Assembly (NCBI GenBank): GCA_963702895.1
Contig: OY969767.1
Location: forward strand, 64,001-128,000
Origin: an uncultured Elusimicrobia bacterium
GTDB taxonomy: Bacteria > Elusimicrobiota > Elusimicrobia > 2-01-FULL-59-12
Length of the DNA: 64,000 bases
Direction: 5' to 3'
Each line of letters starts with the position of its first letter. Positions within the stretch are counted from its first letter, which is position 1. The notes beneath the pieces are model-generated. The model searched no databases, was not told the DNA's origin, and worked only from the letters and a program-made list of their open reading frames with translations. A program made the translations under genes and the position numbers. This document shows, piece after piece, positions 37,783 to 45,802 of this stretch.

Positions 37783-40700
37783 TTAGGCAGCCTGCAAGAG
37801 GCCGGGATGGGGCAAGGCGCCAGACGCGCTCGCCTGAGGCCTCCGGAGAAACCGGAACAACCCATACATGGCCACGGCGCTGATCGCCGAGATGAGGATC
37901 GGCCCGGGACCAGCCTGGAGAAGAATGGATCCGCCCAAGAGGTCTATCCGTTCGCCATACGAGCCGAGGCTCGCTGGATGGGCCGCCTCCACGCTTCGAT
38001 AGAGAAAGCTGGCGAAGTTCTTCATCAAGAAGGAATTGAGAAGCAGCAGCGGCAAGGCGCTGAAGGTGGTGCTTGTCCAGCTTCCTTGTCCAGCCTCCGG
38101 CAGGGTGTCCCACTCCACGTCAATGCCGTCCGGAGGCAGCTGCGTGAAGGTGATTCGAAATCCACCCTCGGGGACCTTAGACACCTTGAATTGAAAGTGC
38201 ATCGACGGGAGATCTCGATCCCCGTCAACGTTATCGTCCGCACCGGACGACCCGATGCTGACGACCTGGTCAAACTCAACCTTCACAGGCGATGTGCCTT
38301 CGACAAACCACAGCCGGCCTCCACGCTGATAGAGCCTGAAACGAAATCCTCGCGTGTCGATCCGGATATTATTTCCGAAATGAACCATGACGGGATCGAC
38401 GTTTTCGCCGGGCGGCGCTTGACGCGTTGGAGCGCCTAGACGCGCCAGGCAAATACCCTTCGCCCAATACAACCTCTTATGAGGACCCATCCCAAGATAT
38501 CCTGCACCCGCTGCCCTCAACGCCAAATCCTTCGGAATATGGTCAACATCCTGGGAGTGCATGGAGCGCCTTACGGGAACGGCGGCCCCCTGCGGCCCCG
38601 ATTCCAATCCGAGGATCAGTCGGTTCTGCTCCAAGAGATCCGTGAGAAAGCTCGGAGCGTGGACAAGCTCAAAGGACCCCGAGCTGACCCTTTCAACGGC
38701 CAGGGTGACCCGTCTGGAAAACGACAGCAATCTCGACGCTCGATCGTCAGAAGGCCAAAACCGGTTGACGTTTCGTGCGTCCGCGTCATCCGTCCCCTCG
38801 AAGAGGACCTTTTTTCCATCGGGCGTCATTTTCTCTATTTCTCGAAAGAGGCGCTCCGGAAGAATCGCCACCCTGTTTGAATCAGGCAATCTGACCGCGA
38901 CCGCGGAAGCAAGGGATTCTCCGTACAAAGCCAGCAGGTGATGCTGGCCAACCGGGATGTCCGTCATCTGAGGTAGGACCAGATGCTCCAGCCCTTCATG
39001 GATCAAACCGGCGAGACCGTTGTCGTGGATGAACAGTCGGATCGTCCCTGTTTCGCTGGGCGCGTCCGGTTCCGATTTCCAACAAAACGCCTCAACCCGT
39101 GTCTCATTCTCCTCAAACAGGAGGTCGGAAGGGAAAACAAGGACTTCAAACTGATACCGCTTTCCGTCGATCAAGAGCTCTGATGGATCGGACCTCAACA
39201 AGTCGGCCAATCTTCTTAACGGATCGATCAGCTCGGGCAGCTGCTCAAAAAGGATTTGGGTCGTGAAATCTTGTTGATCGATCCACTGATCAATCAGGCG
39301 AGCGGCATCTGACAATTGTGTTCTTGTGGCGACACGGCCCAAGTTAATCTGGCGCTTCCCAAAACCCTCCTGCTGGGCTTCGGTAAACCCATCGCCCAGC
39401 AGGCTGTGCTGGCCCTGGGTGGGCGTGCGCGGCGTCGGCGCTGTCGTCGGTTCCTCCTTGCCTTTTGGCGACGCCGGCTTGGACGGAGGTTTCTTCAATT
39501 GAATGACGAGTTGATCACCCTTTCTCAAGACCGTTTGATCTCTAACCGGAATCATCTGTCCATTATCTGAATGGGGGGCAGCGCCGGGTGACGGACGTTG
39601 CAGGTAGACCACGAACGAGGGGTTCACATTTCCCTGCAGTTTGAACAGGCCGTCCAAGAGGAGCGCGTGAGTTTCGGAAACCTCTCTGTGATCATGGAGC
39701 CAAGGCCAAAATTCTCTCCACCGGAGAGGCTGGTCGCCCTTCATGAATTCGCGCAAAAGTTTATCCGGCACGATGGAAGCGCCCTGATCCGCCGATTTCA
39801 CACGCTTTTTGAACTCGGCTCGCCGTTTGTTCCGCGAGGCCGCAAGAGACGTCTGTGCCGCCCCCGCGATCGCCAGCGCCGCCCGACGCTTCCTTGCAAG
39901 ATCCGCACGGATCTTCTTCTGCTTTCTGGAAATACCTTGGATGACTCGTCGCAGATGGGCCAGGTCCTTTGGGGAAATATCTTTATCACGTAGACGTTCG
40001 GACAAATCCCCTATGCCCGATTGCTCCTCCAAATAGCGTATGGGAATTTTCATATTCCTCATTGCTTTTAACAGTTCGAGCAGTTTCGACCGCCGGGCCT
40101 CCCTTTGTTGCTTTTCATCTGCTGTGAGGCGGTGCCCTCGCCCCTCCTTGACGGCTGGAGGCGTTAAGACTCTTGACTTCGGATCTCCATGCGGCCGTTC
40201 TTTTGTCGAGAGTCTTATTCGAAGCCTTTTAATCAGCAGACCGCCCATGGCTGGAGATTCCATTGAGAAATATTGCTTCAAGTCCTCGAAGCTCTGGAAT
40301 GGGTTCGCCCCTCCTGCGTCGGCAGCTCTCCTGGCGGAGAGCAGCGTCTCCCGTGTGGCAAGTGGAATTCCATAATTAATGAGGGATTGGATATCCCCGG
40401 AAATGTCATACAAGAATTGGAGTTCCTTGGCTTCGGCACGAGCGGCGGCTTCGTCTTTTGGTGGAAGGAAAACCGCGGCGATCACGCCTGCGATGCCGAG
40501 CGCTGTCGGCGCGGCCGCCCACAGCGCCTCCGGATTCCATCGCTCAGCCAGCCCGCTGACCCATAAGGCCGCCGGATGCGTCAGCGAACTCCCCGAGAAG
40601 TCCGACAGATGCGGCCAAACCAGCGGTAAGACCATCGCCAGCAAGACAATCAGGACGGATGCGCCCAGCAGCAGGACGGCATTCGAAAGGCCTCGATTCG

Positions 40701-42195
40701 ACGATGGACTCAGTTTGATGATGATTTTGTCGCCCGGCTGCAAGACCACAACTTCTCTGTTGTTGGAGATGGGAAGAGATAGCGCCTGGATGGCCCGGGG
40801 TTGGGGGCCTGGAATCGACCTTAGAAGCTTAACAGTAAACGCACGGTTGGTATTCCCCTCCGGTGTGAACAGGCCGTCCAAGAGGAGCGCGTGGGTGTTG
40901 GAATCCTCTCTGTGTTTTAGGAGCCAAGACCAAAATTCTCTCCACTCGTGAGTCCGGGGGTCCTGCATGAATGCGTTCAAAATGTAATCCGGCACGATGT
41001 AAGCACCCCGATTCGCCGAAGTCACGAGCTCTTTGAGCTTGGCTTTCTGATCGTCCCGCGAGGCCCTATGAGTCTTACGTGCCGCCACCGCGCTTGCTAG
41101 CGCAACCTGATGCTTCCTTGCAAGATACGCACGGATCCCCTTCTGATTTCTGGAAATAACTTCCACAATTCGTCGCAAACGGTCCAGTTGTTCTTCGGTA
41201 ATAGTATCTTTACGATCGGACAATTTCTTAAGACCTGCTATGGCCCCCAAATAGGGTATGGAAATGCCCATTTCCTCCATTGCGCCGAACAGGGCGGCCA
41301 GTTCCAACCGCCGGGCCTCCCTTTGTTTCGGTTGATCTGCTGTGAGGGGCTTTCCTGGCCTCTTCATGACGGCTGGAGGCGTTAAGACTCCCGCCTTCGG
41401 TTGCCCTGCTTCGCGGAAAGTCTCTAGAAGCCCAATAGTCAGCGGACTGGCCGTGTCTGGAAATTCCAATAAGAAATATTGATTCAAGTCATGGAAGCTG
41501 CGGAATGGGTTCGGATACCCCTCATCGGCAGCTTTCCTGGCCTTGAAAAGCAACTCCATCGTGGCCGGGGGAATTCCATGCTCAGCGAGGGATTTGATAT
41601 CCCCGGAAATGTCATACAAGAATTGGAGTTCCTTGGCTTCGGCACGAGCGGCGGCTTCGTCTTTTGGTGGAAGGAAAACCGCGGCGATCACGCCTGCGAT
41701 GCCGAGCGCTGTCGGCGCGGCCGCCCACAGCGCCTCCGGATTCCATCGCTCAGCCAGCCCGCTGACCCATAAGGCCGCCGGATGCGTCAGCGAACTCCCC
41801 GAGAAGTCCGACAGATGCGGCCAAACCAGCGGTAAGACCATCGCCAGCAAGACAATCAGGACGGATGCGCCCAGCAGCCGGTCGGCGTTCGGAAGGTCTT
41901 GATTCGACGAAGCCAAGAGTGTTTGTGCGGCAACCCGCGAGGCCGCTCGAGTCCGGTTTGCTTGTCGCCATCCCTCCACCCACTGGCGCATGTGCTGCCC
42001 GCTGGCGATGCCGTGCGTGAAGGGGACGGCCAGCGCGGCGAGGGCCTCCTGATCCAGGCGCGCCGCGTCCATTCGAGTCATCAGCGAAACCCTGCTTGTG
42101 GCGGGAGGACAAGAAAGGACGGAAGCCGTCGCCGGCTCGATGAGCAGGCCGGGAATCAAAAGGAGCGAAATCAAACGCCTGAGGGTATTGGGCAT
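37783..42195 (-). CDS. Giant modular protein 2 (~1,470 aa) with a ~402-aa internal duplication and an HExxEH motif
   Basis: MPNTLRRLISLLLIPGLLIEPATA; duplicated TM+HhH+beta-grasp-like module; GLIHEGLEH; ends GLLQAA. Confidence 0.85.
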   Translation of the reverse strand: MPNTLRRLISLLLIPGLLIEPATASVLSCPPATSRVSLMTRMDAARLDQEALAALAVPFTHGIASGQHMRQWVEGWRQANRTRAASRVAAQTLLASSNQDLPNADRLLGASVLIVLLAMVLPLVWPHLSDFSGSSLTHPAALWVSGLAERWNPEALWAAAPTALGIAGVIAAVFLPPKDEAAARAEAKELQFLYDISGDIKSLAEHGIPPATMELLFKARKAADEGYPNPFRSFHDLNQYFLLEFPDTASPLTIGLLETFREAGQPKAGVLTPPAVMKRPGKPLTADQPKQREARRLELAALFGAMEEMGISIPYLGAIAGLKKLSDRKDTITEEQLDRLRRIVEVISRNQKGIRAYLARKHQVALASAVAARKTHRASRDDQKAKLKELVTSANRGAYIVPDYILNAFMQDPRTHEWREFWSWLLKHREDSNTHALLLDGLFTPEGNTNRAFTVKLLRSIPGPQPRAIQALSLPISNNREVVVLQPGDKIIIKLSPSSNRGLSNAVLLLGASVLIVLLAMVLPLVWPHLSDFSGSSLTHPAALWVSGLAERWNPEALWAAAPTALGIAGVIAAVFLPPKDEAAARAEAKELQFLYDISGDIQSLINYGIPLATRETLLSARRAADAGGANPFQSFEDLKQYFSMESPAMGGLLIKRLRIRLSTKERPHGDPKSRVLTPPAVKEGRGHRLTADEKQQREARRSKLLELLKAMRNMKIPIRYLEEQSGIGDLSERLRDKDISPKDLAHLRRVIQGISRKQKKIRADLARKRRAALAIAGAAQTSLAASRNKRRAEFKKRVKSADQGASIVPDKLLREFMKGDQPLRWREFWPWLHDHREVSETHALLLDGLFKLQGNVNPSFVVYLQRPSPGAAPHSDNGQMIPVRDQTVLRKGDQLVIQLKKPPSKPASPKGKEEPTTAPTPRTPTQGQHSLLGDGFTEAQQEGFGKRQINLGRVATRTQLSDAARLIDQWIDQQDFTTQILFEQLPELIDPLRRLADLLRSDPSELLIDGKRYQFEVLVFPSDLLFEENETRVEAFCWKSEPDAPSETGTIRLFIHDNGLAGLIHEGLEHLVLPQMTDIPVGQHHLLALYGESLASAVAVRLPDSNRVAILPERLFREIEKMTPDGKKVLFEGTDDADARNVNRFWPSDDRASRLLSFSRRVTLAVERVSSGSFELVHAPSFLTDLLEQNRLILGLESGPQGAAVPVRRSMHSQDVDHIPKDLALRAAGAGYLGMGPHKRLYWAKGICLARLGAPTRQAPPGENVDPVMVHFGNNIRIDTRGFRFRLYQRGGRLWFVEGTSPVKVEFDQVVSIGSSGADDNVDGDRDLPSMHFQFKVSKVPEGGFRITFTQLPPDGIDVEWDTLPEAGQGSWTSTTFSALPLLLLNSFLMKNFASFLYRSVEAAHPASLGSYGERIDLLGGSILLQAGPGPILISAISAVAMYGLFRFLRRPQASASGALPHPGLLQAA
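40390..41878. repeat. 283-bp direct repeat (40390-40672 and 41596-41878)
   Basis: Copies look identical by eye, offset 1,206 bp; flanks are diverged. Confidence 0.9.
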
Positions 42196-42262
42196 AGCCG
42201 ACGAGACGGCCCGAAGACGGGACACGAGATCCCTCGCCTTCCCGACGGGCCGCCTGACCCTA

Positions 42263-42331
42263 CAATATTAAGGGTTTAGCGCCAGAGGTTCTATGGGGCG
42301 GAGGGCTAAAAATGCTGGGCCAAAGGGCCCA
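42263..42331 (-). promoter_or_regulatory. Conserved upstream motif of giant protein 2
   Basis: TGGGCCCTTT-N12-TTAGCCCTCCG-N28-TAATAT. Confidence 0.7.
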
Positions 42332-42407
42332 GACTTTGCAGTAGGACCCTGCCTCGCGGTGTACGCATGTGAAGTTCGCAGCGCCGAAGCCTGAAATCTT
42401 TGGGGGC

Positions 42408-42598
42408 CCTTGCTGTGGGGGAGGGAGGCGGCGAACGACTCGTGGACGGCGGCTGGGTGGTGAGCGCGTCCAGCCGAGGATGGTTGAGCCTCGACCTCTG
42501 ATGTACAGGGAGGAGGCGAGTTCCGGAGGCTGCGCGAAGCACCCAGCCGGGGTGTCCGGGAGCGCCGGAGTGAGCGGCCCCCCTCCCCCACAGCAAGG
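42408..42598. repeat. MITE-like palindromic element D
   Basis: Perfect 18-bp terminal inverted repeat CCTTGCTGTGGGGGAGGG. Confidence 0.65.
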
Positions 42599-42760
42599 AC
42601 TCCTGAAGACTTCATGCTTCGCTTAGAATGTTCGCGGGTGGACGGGCCGTCTGAGAATAAGTAACATTCCTGTGCAGGGACGAGGGACGAGCGATGAGAG
42701 ATGAGGCTGTTCCCGTCCCTCCTCTCTCGTGGCTCATCTCTAAGATGGAAGGAGGCCGGT

Positions 42761-43186
42761 ATGAAAAAGAAAGCGGCGAAAGCCAAAGCGAAGTCCAAAG
42801 CCCCTAGGAAAGCCAAAGCGAAAAAGCCCGTCCCATCGAAGACGAAGGCGGCCAAAGCAAAAGCTAAAAAATCACCCTCACGCCGGACTCCCGCGAAAGC
42901 TGGCTCGACGCCCAAACCGGGCGTGATCGCCCCGCCGAAGAGCGTTCTCGTGGGCTATGTGGAGGATTATTTCGCTAAGATCGGCGTGATCGCCCTGACG
43001 CTCAAAGCCCCGCTCGCCGTTGGCCGGAAGATCCAAGTGCTGGGCCACACGACGAATTTTGAGCAACCCGTCGACTCCATGCAGATTGACCATGCCGCCG
43101 TCGAGAAAGCCCGTGCGAAAGACAGCATCGGCATCAAGGTCATCGATCGGGCCCGATGCGGGGACCACGTCTACTTGCTGAAATAA
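42761..43186 (+). CDS. Lys/Ala-rich tail fused to an EF-Tu domain II-like beta-barrel
   Basis: MKKKAAKAKAKSKAP...; 'VGYVEDYFAKIGVIAL...GHTTNFEQPVDSMQIDH...GIKV...GDHVY'; SD GGAGG. Confidence 0.8.
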   Translation: MKKKAAKAKAKSKAPRKAKAKKPVPSKTKAAKAKAKKSPSRRTPAKAGSTPKPGVIAPPKSVLVGYVEDYFAKIGVIALTLKAPLAVGRKIQVLGHTTNFEQPVDSMQIDHAAVEKARAKDSIGIKVIDRARCGDHVYLLK

Positions 43187-43864
43187 GTGTTGGTCCGTCC
43201 AGCCCCCTTTGTCCTGGCCCTTCTGGGAGGGATGCTTTCACTCTCTCCTGTTCTGGGCACCTCTCCTCGGTTATTGGAAGGCAAGGTGATCGTCCTTGAC
43301 CCTGGACATGCGGTCAAAAACGATGCCGGTAAGATCATTAATCCCGGGTCACAGGCCCGTCGTGGCGCGTTCGAACGAGACGTCACCCTCCAGGTCGCTG
43401 AAACCGTGGCGCCGCTCCTCGAGGCCCAAGGGGCCAAGGTCTTCTTGACGCGCACGAAGATGAACCCTTGGCGATACGGATATTCTCCGCAAGCCGACAA
43501 CCGCGGACGCGCGGTCCTGGCGAACCTTGTGGACGCGGACGCCTATGTCCGCCTTCATTGCGATTGGAACAGGGATAAACGATTCAAGGGCTTCACGACT
43601 TTTTATTACCGATGGGGCAGTCGGGCGCTGGCCGCGCGCATCCACGATTCTTTGGCGAAAGCCTTGGTGGGGCATCGCAATAACGGCCTGAAGCGCCGGA
43701 GCTTTGTGAGCATCTCTGCGCGAATGCCCGCGGTGCTCGTGGAACTGGGCGTCATGTCCCATCCTCAAGAAGGCAAGGACCTCGCCCAGGAAACGTACCA
43801 GGCCCATATGGCGATGGCCGTCGCAGAAGGCATCATCGATTATTTTCAGAATAGCGAATCTTAA
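43187..43864 (+). CDS. N-acetylmuramoyl-L-alanine amidase (Amidase_3)
   Basis: IVLDPGH, E, VFLTR, LHCD, PAVLVELG. Confidence 0.9.
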   Translation: MLVRPAPFVLALLGGMLSLSPVLGTSPRLLEGKVIVLDPGHAVKNDAGKIINPGSQARRGAFERDVTLQVAETVAPLLEAQGAKVFLTRTKMNPWRYGYSPQADNRGRAVLANLVDADAYVRLHCDWNRDKRFKGFTTFYYRWGSRALAARIHDSLAKALVGHRNNGLKRRSFVSISARMPAVLVELGVMSHPQEGKDLAQETYQAHMAMAVAEGIIDYFQNSES

Positions 43865-45802
43865 ATGTACGTCTACAGCAAAACCTATGACGTGATTGTT
43901 GTGGGGGCCGGCCACGCAGGATGCGAAGCGGCCCTGGCGGCTTCGCGGATGGGCCACGCGACGCTGCTTGTGACCATGAATCTGGACACGGTGGCGCAGA
44001 TGTCCTGCAACCCGTCCATTGGGGGACTGGCCAAAGGGCAAATCGTTCGAGAGCTTGACGCTCTGGGCGGCGAGATGGCGAAGAACACGGACCGCTCCGG
44101 TTTGCAGTTCCGGATGCTCAATTCCGCGCGCGGCCCGGCGGTGCAGTCGCCGCGCGCCCAGTGCGACAAGAAGCTCTACCAGTTCTCGATGAAGCACGTG
44201 CTGGAGCGCCAGCCGGGCCTCGACCTCAAGCAAGGGGAGACGGTCCGCGTCCTCACGGAGCACGGACGAGCGGTGGGGGTCGAGGTCAAGACGGGCACCG
44301 TCTATCATGGGAAAGCGGTCATTCTGACGACGGGCACGTTCCTGCGCGGGCTGATGCATGTGGGGCTGACCCAGCACCTGGGCGGCCGCGCCGGGGAACA
44401 TGCAGCGCAGCATCTGTCCGGGTCGCTCTTGGAACTCGGCTTTGAGATGGGACGTCTCAAGACCGGCACACCGCCTCGCTTGAACGCGCGAAGCATCGAC
44501 TTTTCTGTATGCGAGAAACAGCCGGGAGATGAGCCTCCCGTCCCTTTTTCCCATTTTACGGAGCGTCTCACGCAGGAGCAGCTCCCCTGCTGGATCACCC
44601 ACACCCGGGAGGAAACGCACCGCATCATCCGGGAGAACCTGGACCGCTCTCCGCTGTACTCGGGCGTGATCAAGTCCAAGGGCCCCCGCTATTGCCCGTC
44701 CATTGAGGACAAGGTTGTCAAATTCCCGGAGAAGACCCGGCACCACATCTTTCTTGAGCCTGAAGGCTACCACACGGAAGAGATCTATGTGAACGGAATC
44801 TCCACAAGCCTGCCGGAGGACGTGCAGATTCGTATTGTCCATTCGATCCCGGGCCTTGAGCGCGCCGAGTTGATGCGGCCGGGATATGCGGTCGAATATG
44901 ACTATTGTCCCCCCACACAGCTCAAGAGCACGCTGGAGACCAAGAAGGTCGAGTGCCTCTATTTCGCCGGGCAGATCAACGGAACGACGGGCTACGAGGA
45001 GGCCGCCGGGCAGGGTTTCCTGGCCGGCGTCAACGCGGTCCTTAAGGTTCGCGGCGAAGAACCGCTGGTCTTAAAGAGAGACGAAGCCTATCTTGGGGTT
45101 CTCATCGATGACCTGGTGACCAAAGGCGTGGATGAGCCCTACCGCATGTTCACGTCCCGCTCGGAATATCGCCTTCATCTGCGCACCGATAACGCGGACC
45201 TTCGGCTCATGGATTACGGTTATCGGCTGGGACTCCTTCAGGACGAGACCTACAGGGCCTTCTCGAATTACAAAGCTCTAGTGGAAAGAAACCTTCAGCA
45301 TTTGGAGCGTACCCGCAAAGCGGGGACCCAGGACACCCTGGCCAAACGGCTCCGACAGGGAGAGGCCCTGCCGATGAAGTGGATTGAAACTCCTTCTCCC
45401 GACCTTGTGTCGGGAGAAGGTCGGGATGAGGGCACGCCCAAGACTTTGCCCTCACCCGAGGCTACGCCTCGCCCTCTCCCGTCTCACGCCGGGAGAGGGG
45501 ATAGGCTCTACCCCTGGACACCGGAAAAGGTCCGTCAGCAAGTTGAAATACAGATCAAATATGACGGTTACCTGCGCCGCCAGCAGTCCGAGATCCAGCG
45601 GTTCGCCCGCATGGAACGTCGGCGCATCCCTCCTGAATTTGATTTCGACCGCGTCACCGGGCTTCTGACCGAAACACGGCAAAAGATGAATCACATTCGG
45701 CCTGCCTCGATTGGCCAGGCGAGCCGCATCCCGGGGGTGACCCCCTCCGACATCAGCCTGCTCCTCGTGCACCTCGAGCGCCAAAAAGAAGTGGCACGGT
45801 GA
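43865..45802 (+). CDS. mnmG: tRNA uridine 5-carboxymethylaminomethyl modification enzyme MnmG (GidA) with in-frame repeat insertion
   Basis: [59 protein letters not shown]. Confidence 0.97.
   Translation: MYVYSKTYDVIVVGAGHAGCEAALAASRMGHATLLVTMNLDTVAQMSCNPSIGGLAKGQIVRELDALGGEMAKNTDRSGLQFRMLNSARGPAVQSPRAQCDKKLYQFSMKHVLERQPGLDLKQGETVRVLTEHGRAVGVEVKTGTVYHGKAVILTTGTFLRGLMHVGLTQHLGGRAGEHAAQHLSGSLLELGFEMGRLKTGTPPRLNARSIDFSVCEKQPGDEPPVPFSHFTERLTQEQLPCWITHTREETHRIIRENLDRSPLYSGVIKSKGPRYCPSIEDKVVKFPEKTRHHIFLEPEGYHTEEIYVNGISTSLPEDVQIRIVHSIPGLERAELMRPGYAVEYDYCPPTQLKSTLETKKVECLYFAGQINGTTGYEEAAGQGFLAGVNAVLKVRGEEPLVLKRDEAYLGVLIDDLVTKGVDEPYRMFTSRSEYRLHLRTDNADLRLMDYGYRLGLLQDETYRAFSNYKALVERNLQHLERTRKAGTQDTLAKRLRQGEALPMKWIETPSPDLVSGEGRDEGTPKTLPSPEATPRPLPSHAGRGDRLYPWTPEKVRQQVEIQIKYDGYLRRQQSEIQRFARMERRRIPPEFDFDRVTGLLTETRQKMNHIRPASIGQASRIPGVTPSDISLLLVHLERQKEVAR
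45391..45500. repeat. Palindromic family B (CCCTCTCCC...GGGAGAGGG) copy inside mnmG
   Basis: Near reverse complement of the intergenic copy at 48497-48607. Confidence 0.88.

Noticed and set aside
40390..41878. Diversity-generating retroelement TR/VR pair
   Set aside because: The repeats look identical, with no adenine-specific mismatches, and no reverse transcriptase is present.
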